A stretch of DNA of 64,000 nucleotides from NCBI GenBank assembly GCA_030647355.1, contig JAUSIS010000006.1, forward strand, positions 90,221-154,220. Reading direction: 5' to 3'. Shown here one piece after another: positions 29,001 through 36,292 of this stretch; the stretch's first letter is position 1; every line of letters begins with the position of its first letter. The DNA is from a bacterium (lineage in GTDB: Bacteria > Patescibacteriota > UBA1384 > VFKW01). A program made the position numbers and the translations under genes. The notes below the pieces were generated by a model. The model was not told the origin of the DNA. It ran no database searches and saw only the letters and a list, made by a program, of their open reading frames with translations.

Positions 29001-29127
29001 GCATGGCGAGAATCTGCGTTTTGCCGGTGCCGGGTCCGGCAATTACCATAACTGGGCCTTCGATATTGTCTACCGCTTCTTTTTGTTGGGGGTTTAATTT
29101 GTCGTATTCTTGTTGAAATTTATTCAT
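26026..29127 (-). CDS. UvrD/PcrA-family helicase fused to a C-terminal RecB/Cas4-like PD-(D/E)XK nuclease with an Fe-S Cys cluster (AddA-like helicase-nuclease)
   Basis: Walker A is AGPGTGKTQ; helicase motifs LVDEYQDTN and ...TAHKAKGLEF follow. The C-terminus carries the nuclease motifs GIIDKIE...RIVDYKT and QAYFYKLL, then the Cys cluster CKKREGDCPYYPIC. Confidence 0.85.
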   Translation of the reverse strand: MNKFQQEYDKLNPQQKEAVDNIEGPVMVIAGPGTGKTQILAMRIANILRQTQINPSNILCLTFTNSGVHAMKQRLLEIIGPASYQVHVHTFHQFCNEIIELFPEKFLIANQLNQLSDLEQIQLIQKILINNNFSKIKPFKSPYHYQNSIRHAINTLKQEDISPKDFENHIKNELDAFYKIEDLYHRTKPRQTSASAVPPLPEEGERMKSKYRDLKDQLEKNAELGKIYQKYQAYITEKGLYDYADMILFIVNAFREDSELLAHFQEKFQYILVDEYQDTNSAQNEIIELLGNFYEIPNIFAVGDDEQSIYRFQGASMENILFFTKKYPDTKIVILEHNYRSGQKILDASRALIKNNQNQIYNHFNISKNLKSQLKNITSDIHLGGFSNGSIENFFIAKEIQKLIKQGMAPSEIAVLYKEHRDAEELIDFLSKLDIPYKLEIGDNVIEDPEIGKILKYIQALELNGQESEMLVEIMHYPFLGISPLDIWKVIIKSRKEKTGIFNIITHPEKYNLELEIPEAIKEFVSNFLECRKFAYSNNFATSFEFIINKTGYLQYLISLKDNVRHFNRLQSLFEYIKQLNVKQKNLNLKTFLEHIALLRENNLPIKERELTAEYEGVNLMTAHKAKGLEFSYVFIMKATDKHWGNKTKKELIKLPSTLIKITRTSSEEGDEEERRLFYVALTRTKRSIYITYALSYGEAENQMFTIPSKFIGELPERYLKKINTKPFEKSFDERLKLTFGSKKWEYTQAMHDFLKKLVEDFKLNPTALNSYLDCPQQFLYDNILRVPKAKDFSQCYGTAIHRALEHFFRDYIKTLELPPKENLLKWLKDSLQYEIWDDKDQARALQNGAEILSSYYDFYTPIWKKQGRPLTCEMNFSSRNIHFGEIPITGIIDKIELMDKNAGLVRIVDYKTAAPKSLNFLMGKTKEQDTKYLYQAYFYKLLAESDPSFQWKIGEIAFDFVAPEKGKFKQVTIPVEQKDYDEFKKIVKEVYNNITKLNFPHNSQTCKKREGDCPYYPICHTNQNEQLRGKNA

Positions 29128-29257
29128 ATATTTTTTTGGAAATTATTTAATTGGGGTGATTTCTGGATTTATTGTAGCTTTTTAATTGAAAAATCTCAAA
29201 TCAGACCTTTCGATCTTACAAAGCTTTTATATATAGGACGGATAATCTTTAGGGAGA

Positions 29258-30373
29258 TTAGATAGGAACTTCGGTACTTTCTTCTTTAGCGGATTCTAGT
29301 TCTAGTAAATTAATGGTTGGCAAGGCGGCACCGGCAATACCTTGAATCTGGCCATACATTTTAGCGGTGTTTTCTGCTAATCGCATGATTTGTGTTTCCC
29401 GCTGTGCCCAGTTCTTTACCATTGCGCGTTTCTCACTATCCAGGCATTGTTTCATGTTGTCAAAAGTTTCAACCAGTGCTTGTATTTTTTGGGCAAAACT
29501 GTTGGAGGTCAGATAATTGTAGACTTCTTCCATTTTCTGATCTTTGCCAGTTTCGGCGGTGGTGGCTGACGATACAGCAATTAATTGGCTGCGCATAATG
29601 GAAGCAACTCCCAGGAGGAGCGAATAGTTGCATACCCAAATTCCTTTATAATTTCCGAAGTTCGATATCTCTTTAGGGAGGGTGTCAGACAGGAGAATTG
29701 AGAGGTCGGCGTGGATAGAGCGGGAGTCGTCCTTTAGTTTTTGTACCCATTCTTCAGTCCAGTTTTTTGTGCGTTTGGTTTCCCAAGCAATTTTTCCGGC
29801 TGGTTGATTGGATGGTCCATAGACTATCTGAATAATATCAGCTCCGCTGATTCCTTTGGGTACAGGTTCGATTTTGTCTAAGGGGAAGTTTTGTTTAAGA
29901 GTATCTTCTATGTTGAGTTCCAATACTTCGCCTTGAGTTTGCATTGAGCCCTGATGAGCTTTGCGCTCAGCTTCTCGAACAGCTTTTTGAGTATCTTCCA
30001 GCTTTTTTTGCATTTCTTGGATTTGAATTTCATATTTGAATTGGATGTCTTTTTCCATTTTTTCCAAAATAAGTTTGCGTTCCTCTTGGATTTTACGAGC
30101 AGTTTCCAGTTCTTGAATTTTTAACTTATCTTCGAGCTCAGTTTGTTTTTTAATGGAGTCGAGTTCTTTTTTGCGGGAATCTTCTAATTTCTCTTGGATG
30201 GTTTTGAGGGTTTGCGATTGCTCTTTTTCCATTTCGGATTTGAGTTCAGTATGTAAGCGTGGTCGTTCCTCTTCTAGTGATTTTTGGACTTTAAGATTAA
30301 CCATTTTTTGAACAATGGCTTCATCCACAGTAACTTCGCTGCCGCATTTTGGGCATTTGATTTCGTTTGCCAT
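29258..30373 (-). CDS. DUF2130-like protein: N-terminal zinc ribbon (CPKCG) plus long coiled coil plus C-terminal domain
   Basis: The best start is the ATG giving MANEIKCPKCGSEVTVDEA, with SD GGAAGGAAA 4 nt upstream. The upstream in-frame Met at 30412 lacks an SD. Confidence 0.6.
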   Translation of the reverse strand: MANEIKCPKCGSEVTVDEAIVQKMVNLKVQKSLEEERPRLHTELKSEMEKEQSQTLKTIQEKLEDSRKKELDSIKKQTELEDKLKIQELETARKIQEERKLILEKMEKDIQFKYEIQIQEMQKKLEDTQKAVREAERKAHQGSMQTQGEVLELNIEDTLKQNFPLDKIEPVPKGISGADIIQIVYGPSNQPAGKIAWETKRTKNWTEEWVQKLKDDSRSIHADLSILLSDTLPKEISNFGNYKGIWVCNYSLLLGVASIMRSQLIAVSSATTAETGKDQKMEEVYNYLTSNSFAQKIQALVETFDNMKQCLDSEKRAMVKNWAQRETQIMRLAENTAKMYGQIQGIAGAALPTINLLELESAKEESTEVPI

Positions 30374-30570
30374 AATTTCCTTCCGTGAAGTCATTATAGC
30401 AAGCTTTCGCATATGAGAAAAGAGGGACTATACAAAATTCTAAGAAAAATTTGAATATGTCCATCCTTCTATTCAATCTCTTACAGTATTCTGATTGCAG
30501 AAATCTGTAAATAGATTTCATAGTGGAGGATTATGCAAAATGTATAGTTAAAATTTGTGCATAGCAAAAC

Positions 30571-30649
30571 CGGGAGACAATATCCTGCTCAGGTATAGGC
30601 AAGGAGGGGAAAACCTATATCTGAGGCAGGGTACTGCCTCCCGGTATGC
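30571..30649 (-). other. Compound GC-rich stem-loop (outer ccgggag/ctcccgg enclosing two hairpins), followed on the minus strand by UUUUG
   Basis: ccgggag...ctcaggtatagg-loop-cctatatctgag..gaggcag-ggta-ctgcctc-ccgg. It lies between a minus-strand consensus promoter (-35 at 30707-30712, -10 at 30684-30689) and the DUF2130 gene. Confidence 0.4.
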
Positions 30650-30803
30650 ATAATTAAAAGGTACAAGATATTATCGTAATAAAATTATATCATATAAGTC
30701 ATAATTTGTCAATACCTGTTGCAACCAAGTAAGAATTTAAGAAAGTGCTCCCGCACCAGGGGCTTTGATACCAACCTGGTGCAGGAAAATGGGAATGTGG
30801 ATG

Positions 30804-31154
30804 TTATGCGGCGACCTTGGAGGTTGCGAGTGAGCCGAGAGGAGGTAGTGTCTCCGCACGTTTCGTTCTCGCCTCGTGCTCCTCTAGGAGGGGTCGCACG
30901 ATATCCTCAAGCTCAGACCACAGTCGTCCTCCGTCTTCACATGCCTTCCGATATGCCAGGACTCTACTACTTACTCCAAGCTTGGTGTAGGCAATACCGA
31001 TGTAACCATCAATAGTGCGTTTTGAGTAGCAGGAAACCTGAGCGGCTTCCTTGGCGCTTAGTCCCGACAGGACCAAGCCCAGGGCGATCTTCTCGCCTTC
31101 ATTCAAAGGATCACCGAACTCTGGTTTGGGCCTCTTGCCTTCTTCTTTGATCAT
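30804..31154 (-). CDS. LuxR/GerE-family HTH transcriptional regulator (small, GC-rich)
   Basis: LSAKEAAQVSCYSKRTIDGYIGIAYTKLGVSSRVLA is a LuxR-type HTH. A consensus promoter (TTGACA at 31227-31232, 17 nt, TAAAAT at 31204-31209) lies upstream. Confidence 0.7.
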   Translation of the reverse strand: MIKEEGKRPKPEFGDPLNEGEKIALGLVLSGLSAKEAAQVSCYSKRTIDGYIGIAYTKLGVSSRVLAYRKACEDGGRLWSELEDIVRPLLEEHEARTKRAETLPPLGSLATSKVAA

Positions 31155-31253
31155 CCTTACCCCCTGTTTAGACTAGCGTCTAGAAAACGGACGCAATATT
31201 AAAATTTTACTCTAGTTGAGCGTGTTTGTCAATACTATTAATCAGTTGAGAGA

Positions 31254-32687
31254 TTAATCTCCTACTTGGGTATCGGTTTGTTTGAGTTCTTTGCCCTTAG
31301 CTTCTTCGCTTAGGCGGATGTGAACATCTTTGAGTTGTTGTTGGGAAACTTGAGAAGGGGCGCCCATCATCAAATCTCTGGCGTCGCCATTTTTGGGGAA
31401 AGCGATAACTTCACGAATTACATCCTCGCCGGATAAAATTGCGCAGATGCGATCAATGCCGGGGGCAATACCTCCATGAGGTGGTGCACCATATTCAAAG
31501 GCTTCTAGCATGTGGCCGAAGCGGCGCTTCTTTTCTTCGTCAGAAACCCCTAGTAGTTTGAAAATTTTGTCTTGTAATTCGTGCTGGTGAATTCTGATGG
31601 AGCCGCTGGCAATTTCGTAGCCATTCAATACTAAGTCATAACAATAAGCGTTCACTTTAGTCGGATCGCTTTCAAGTTTATCCATATCTTCCGCTTTTGG
31701 CATGGTGAATGGATGATGAGAGCTGACAAGCTTTTTTTCCGTTTGGGAATATTTGAAAAGTGGAAAATCAATTATCCATGAGAATGCTAGTTCGTCTTTA
31801 TTTTCTTTATCTTTTCGCAAGTCGGGTTTATCATTTTTGTATTTTTCCATTGATTCGGCGTATGAAATGCGAGGGAAAGGAATTTTTGCGATTTTCTTTT
31901 CAGGGCATAACTTCTTGACCATCTCAATCATCATCGGTTCAATCAGGTCGAATATGCCTTCTTGTTTTATAAAACTCATTTCCAAGTCTAGCTGGGTGAA
32001 TTCGGATTGTCTGTCCCCTCTCTGGTCTTCGTCTCGGAAACAACGGGCAATTTGAAAGTAACGTTCTATGCCGCCGACCATTAGCAGTTGCTTGAATTGT
32101 TGAGGGCTTTGTGGTAAGACATAAAATTCACCAGGATAAAGGCGGGCAGGAACAATATATTCTCTGGCTCCTTCTGGTGTAGATTTTGTTAGATAGGGTG
32201 TTTCGATTTCCCGAAAATCTTCTTTGTATAAATATTCACGGATGAATTTGACGACGTTGTGGCGTAGTGTAATATTGTTTGACATGCGTTCTGTGCGCAG
32301 GTCCAGATAGCGATATTTTAATCTTAATTCTTCGTCAATTCCTTTGGTGTCTTTGTCGATTTCAAACGGAGGAGTTTTAGAGGTATTGAGGATCTCCAAT
32401 TCGGCGGCTTCCATCTCGACTTTGCCAGTGGGTAGATTGGGATTTACTAGCTTTTCTGGCCGAGCTTTAACGGTGCCGGTAATTTCAACTACCCACTCAG
32501 GCCGAAGATCTTTTATTTTTTCGTATGCTTTGGAGCCGGGAACAATAACAATTTGAAGGACGCCACTTCTATCTCTTAGATCGATAAAAACAATTTTGCC
32601 GTGATCGCGTCTGTTATTTACCCAGCCGCTGACTGTTACTTCTTTGCCAATATTTTTGGTGGTCTCGGCGATCATTGTTCTTTTCAT
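31254..32687 (-). CDS. Class IIb aminoacyl-tRNA synthetase: aspartyl- (archaeal/non-discriminating type) or asparaginyl-tRNA ligase
   Basis: An N-terminal OB fold is followed by motif 2 FRDEDQRGDRQSEFTQLDLEMSF and motif 3 GGIAPGIDRICAIL. The 477-aa length cannot separate AspRS type 2 from AsnRS without an alignment. Confidence 0.85.
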   Translation of the reverse strand: MKRTMIAETTKNIGKEVTVSGWVNNRRDHGKIVFIDLRDRSGVLQIVIVPGSKAYEKIKDLRPEWVVEITGTVKARPEKLVNPNLPTGKVEMEAAELEILNTSKTPPFEIDKDTKGIDEELRLKYRYLDLRTERMSNNITLRHNVVKFIREYLYKEDFREIETPYLTKSTPEGAREYIVPARLYPGEFYVLPQSPQQFKQLLMVGGIERYFQIARCFRDEDQRGDRQSEFTQLDLEMSFIKQEGIFDLIEPMMIEMVKKLCPEKKIAKIPFPRISYAESMEKYKNDKPDLRKDKENKDELAFSWIIDFPLFKYSQTEKKLVSSHHPFTMPKAEDMDKLESDPTKVNAYCYDLVLNGYEIASGSIRIHQHELQDKIFKLLGVSDEEKKRRFGHMLEAFEYGAPPHGGIAPGIDRICAILSGEDVIREVIAFPKNGDARDLMMGAPSQVSQQQLKDVHIRLSEEAKGKELKQTDTQVGD

Positions 32688-32738
32688 GAGAACCTCACTT
32701 AATAATTATTTTAATAATACTTCAGATTGAAGCTTTTT

Positions 32739-33899
32739 TCAATTGCCTGAAGACTTTTTAATCAGCTCGGCGTAGATTTGGGCGCTGGGACGGGGTTTGC
32801 GGTCGATTGTGTGGAGGCCGAATTTCATTGTGTAGCCGGAGGCCCACTCGAAATTGTCCAATAGTGACCAGTGAAAGTAACCTTTAATTGGGAGATTATC
32901 AGCGATGGCTTTTTGCAGCCAGTCGAAAGTGTCTTTAAGAAATTGCGGCCGAAGTCTGTCTTTGGCATCGGCAAGACCATTCTCGGTGATGTAGATGGGT
33001 TTGCCCCATTTTGTGCATTCTTCGATGGTTTCATAGATTCCTTCAGGATGAACGTGCCAGCCATAATCGTTTTGGACAGAATTATCCTTAACAACTATAG
33101 GATTCTTGGCTTGGAGGGTGGTTTTTAGATAGTAATTGAGTCCAATAAAGTCGCTTTTTTTAGCCATTCTTTTCAGCATGGCATTGTAGAAGAATAATCG
33201 AGCGAGATAACATAATGATCTGTCTAATATATTATTTTTGTACGGTTTGAAAACCATTGTGGAGACAACGGGTCCAATGGGCGTTTGGGGCGAGACTGAT
33301 TTGATAGCGTTGTAAACGAGGTTGTGGGCCTTGATGAAATTGGACCAGGATTTCAAAGCTTTGATTTTATTTTTTTCACCAGGGCACCAACTGCCTTCGA
33401 TATATCCTTTTTGTACATAGACGTTTGGCTCGTTTAGAGTTGCCCAGAAATCTATTGATCCTTTATATTCTTCAGCCATTTTTTGGCAGAAGCGGACGAA
33501 GTATTTGATATTGTCTTTGCTAGCAAAGCCGTCTTTTTTTGCAACCCATTGAGGCAGAGTAAAATGAAAAAGAGTCACCATAATTTTAATATTATTTTTT
33601 TTGAGTAGTTCAAATTGTTTACGACAGTGATTTATTGCTTTTTTGTTAAACATGCCTTCTTCCGGTTCAATTTTTGCCCATTCGATAGACATGCGGTAAG
33701 CGTTTTGGTTGGTATTTAATAGTAATTTAATGTCTTCATTGTATTTATTCCAGCTGTCGCAGGCAATAAGCGAAGTTGAGCCACCTCGAATATGGCCCGG
33801 GATTTGTTCCCAAGCATACCAGTCGCTATTTATATTGCCACCTTCGATTTGGTGGGCGGAAGTGGCGGAGCCGAAAAGAAAATTTTCTGGAAAAGCCAT
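32739..33899 (-). CDS. Glycoside hydrolase family 1 (beta-glucosidase/beta-galactosidase-like)
   Basis: The N-terminus carries the GH1 signature FLFGSATSAHQIEG. The acid/base motif TLNEP and the nucleophile motif YITENG are both present. Confidence 0.85.
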   Translation of the reverse strand: MAFPENFLFGSATSAHQIEGGNINSDWYAWEQIPGHIRGGSTSLIACDSWNKYNEDIKLLLNTNQNAYRMSIEWAKIEPEEGMFNKKAINHCRKQFELLKKNNIKIMVTLFHFTLPQWVAKKDGFASKDNIKYFVRFCQKMAEEYKGSIDFWATLNEPNVYVQKGYIEGSWCPGEKNKIKALKSWSNFIKAHNLVYNAIKSVSPQTPIGPVVSTMVFKPYKNNILDRSLCYLARLFFYNAMLKRMAKKSDFIGLNYYLKTTLQAKNPIVVKDNSVQNDYGWHVHPEGIYETIEECTKWGKPIYITENGLADAKDRLRPQFLKDTFDWLQKAIADNLPIKGYFHWSLLDNFEWASGYTMKFGLHTIDRKPRPSAQIYAELIKKSSGN

Positions 33900-33985
33900 C
33901 TAAACCTCAAAATTAAATTTATTATTGACCTTTTTCGTTAATGCCCAGTCTTGACAATTATATAGTATAAATGTATATTAATACC

Positions 33986-34745
33986 ATAATGATTACTATG
34001 TAAGCCCTTGGATGGTTTTTCCAGATGGTTTGCGTAGCAATCACCTTCACAATTACTATCCCCAGTTCCACATTCTGACGTCCCTAGAGGACGCGGACAG
34101 CAAAGGAGGGCTGGAATCGGTGAATGCTTCCGACGTTACGCCGAAGAATCGGTGAGGGGATGTTGACGCTGGGCAGTTAGGCCAGCCAGTCCCTTAGTCA
34201 TGTCGTGGTCTGAACGTGCAGCATGGGCTGTGAGACCAGTTCCTGAACGGGAGTGCGACTTGGGATCAGGGACTCACTGGAACCATGGAGGGTACGGGTC
34301 GGATGCTTTACAACCATTCCCTGAGTTTCAGTAAGAGTTGACGCTACTACTCGAGCCACTGTAGCAGGTAGCGGGATCGCGCAAGCGATTTTTGGGCACC
34401 AAACAGGGCGAAAAGAATAACGCGTTTTTCACTTGGATTCGGAGAACAAGCTTTAGGCTCCTTTAGCCGGTGGCGATGCTTTACTGCTGTAATGGCAGTA
34501 TCGACACTCGCTGTGAGCCACATTGTGCGGATGCACTTATACTTGACTCGGGATCGAGTGAACCTGGTGATGGCGCGGCCCGTCGTTATGAAACGGGCCG
34601 CGCCCTAGGGATCCATTTTCGTGGGTGATCGCAGAGGTGGTGAGAATCCTCTGCACAGGATTACCCTGCCGGGCAAGCTCTCGCGTTTTACAACGAGAGC
34701 CCCCGGCTACCCTATTTATTAGATGAGTTCGAGAGTAGCTCTTTT
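33986..34745 (+). ncRNA. Candidate large structured non-coding RNA(s): a ~760-nt ORF-free, strongly GC-enriched block (strand tentative)
   Basis: A plus-strand promoter lies upstream: TTGACA at 33951-33956, 17 nt, then TATATT at 33974-33979. The block has no ORF of 60 aa or more except a random-looking 76-aa minus-strand frame. It carries very stable stems, for example GGCGCGGCCCG-ucguuaugaaa-CGGGCCGCGCC at 34573-34606 and GCUCUCG-cguuuuacaa-CGAGAGC nearby. GCAGAGG/CCUCUGC versus AAUCCU/AGGAUU are mutually exclusive pairings. An internal GNRA hairpin plus U-run sits at 34366-34395. Confidence 0.3.
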
Positions 34746-34756
34746 TTTGTATCCAA

Positions 34757-34778
34757 AAATCCTGCAAGTGCAGGGTTC
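34757..34778 (-). terminator. Terminator of trxA (minus strand)
   Basis: On the minus strand the sequence reads ccctgcacttgcagg followed by auuuuugg. Confidence 0.6.
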
Positions 34779-34800
34779 TCGGATACTTATTTTTGGTTTA

Positions 34801-35073
34801 TTACAATGCGGCGTTGATTGCTTCGACGATATTGGCTTTTGGCTGGGCGCCAACGAGTTGATTAATCACTTTATCATCTTTCAAGATCAAAATGGTTGGG
34901 ATGCTCATGACATTGTGTTTACTGGCTTCTTCTTGATTTTCATCAATGTCATATTTGTGTAGGGCAATTTTTCCTTTATATTCTTCTTCAATTTCCTCAA
35001 TGATGGGTTTCATCATGCGGCATGGTCCGCACCAACTGGCAAAGAAATCTAGTAGTTTGACATTAGGCGTCAT
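34801..35073 (-). CDS. trxA: Thioredoxin
   Basis: The active site WCGPC is present; 90 aa. Confidence 0.9.
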   Translation of the reverse strand: MTPNVKLLDFFASWCGPCRMMKPIIEEIEEEYKGKIALHKYDIDENQEEASKHNVMSIPTILILKDDKVINQLVGAQPKANIVEAINAAL

Positions 35074-35654
35074 AAGTCCCTCCTATGATTAATGGTGGTT
35101 ACGTTATTGATATGTAAAATGTTGGGTTTCCTGGCGAAAAATACATTTTCAACAAAGGCATAAATGCCGAAGAAGGCAGTGGTGTAAACAAGATCGCCGA
35201 GAAGGGTGTTACGATAAAAAGGAATAGCTAGGGTGAAGCACGATGCGAGTCCGGTGAGGGTGTGGGGATACATGCCTGATTGTAGCCAAACGCCGAAATT
35301 AGTGATGATGAAGAAGATTAATGAACCAGAAAGAGAGAGAGCGAAAATGTTTCGGAATTTAATATTATTTTTTAGATAAACACCCAATAGGGCAACTATT
35401 AAAAAGCTAGTATAAACATAGGGCATAATAATATGGAAGCCGAGGAAAATGTCACTTATTAGCATGGCGGCAAGAGGGATGATGATGGCATTTCGTCTGG
35501 AAAGATAGGCGCCGGAAAATAATGCCAAAGCGCTGATTGGCGCGAAATTAGCGGGATGTGGTAGTAAGCGCGCGACTACGCCGATTGCGATAAGACCGTA
35601 AATTATATAGTAATTTGGGGTTTTTTCGTTAAGTCGGGATGGTAGTTTGGGCAT
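35070..35654 (-). CDS. Hypothetical 5-6 TM membrane protein (possible small-substrate transporter component)
   Basis: Hydrophobic profile; its stop overlaps the trxA start by 4 nt. Confidence 0.6.
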   Translation of the reverse strand: MPKLPSRLNEKTPNYYIIYGLIAIGVVARLLPHPANFAPISALALFSGAYLSRRNAIIIPLAAMLISDIFLGFHIIMPYVYTSFLIVALLGVYLKNNIKFRNIFALSLSGSLIFFIITNFGVWLQSGMYPHTLTGLASCFTLAIPFYRNTLLGDLVYTTAFFGIYAFVENVFFARKPNILHINNVTTINHRRDL

Positions 35655-35740
35655 TTATTCTCCAATTCTTTGCGACTTTGTTATTAAATCAAAATAAGTA
35701 ATTTTTAGCAATTGTGGATAAACTTTTTAATTTTTTTACT

Positions 35741-36292
35741 TCAGTAATCTATGCCTTTGCGGGCTTGTATACCCTTTTGGTAAGGGTGTTTGGTTTCCTT
35801 CATTTCGGTGACTAGATCCGCAAGCTTGATAAGCTCTCTGGGTGCTTGGCGTCCTGTGACGACTATCTCCATTTTGGGTGGTTTGTTTTTTAAAGTTTTG
35901 ACAATTTCTTTAATATCTAATAGTTCAAAATATAGAGCTGGATTCAATTCGTCTAAAATTAAAACATCGGGTTTTTCTTCTTCAATAATCCTTTGAGTGT
36001 ATTGCCAGCCCTTTTTAGAGCATTCTTTGAATTTGTCTAAGTAGGGATTTTTTGTTTTGCCGTTTACGTCTTTTTCCAACCAGCCGTATTTTTTGTGATC
36101 GAGTCCAAAGCGTTTGTATTGGATTTTTGGATTTTGGTGAATAGTTTTTTGGTCGTAGTTTCCTTTGAGGAATTGGATAATTACTACATTTAGGTTGCTA
36201 GCAATTGCTCGGTTGGCTAAACCAATAGCGGCGGTGGTTTTGCCTTTACCGTTACCGGTGTAGATTTGAATTAGTCCTTGTTTTAGTTTCAT
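35741..36292 (-). CDS. ATP:cob(I)alamin adenosyltransferase (CobA/CobO/BtuR family)
   Basis: The P-loop IYTGNGKGKTTAAIGLA is followed by ...DELN.A......I...L...P...EIVVTGR.AP.ELI..ADLVTEM...KHPY..GI.ARKGIDY. The ATG at 36290-36292 overlaps the nrdJ stop; a GTG at 36301 is an alternative start. Confidence 0.8.
   Translation of the reverse strand: MKLKQGLIQIYTGNGKGKTTAAIGLANRAIASNLNVVIIQFLKGNYDQKTIHQNPKIQYKRFGLDHKKYGWLEKDVNGKTKNPYLDKFKECSKKGWQYTQRIIEEEKPDVLILDELNPALYFELLDIKEIVKTLKNKPPKMEIVVTGRQAPRELIKLADLVTEMKETKHPYQKGIQARKGIDY

Noticed and set aside
30719-31015. 98-aa plus-strand ORF
   Set aside because: It is antisense to the LuxR-family HTH gene, which has a clear promoter and a recognisable domain.
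33986-34745. rRNA fragment, tmRNA, group II intron or cobalamin riboswitch assignment for the GC-rich block
   Set aside because: No 16S/23S universal motifs. No T-loop or CCA-adjacent acceptor for tmRNA. No domain V consensus. Only an isolated GCCACUG without the rest of the B12 box. It is left as an unknown RNA candidate.
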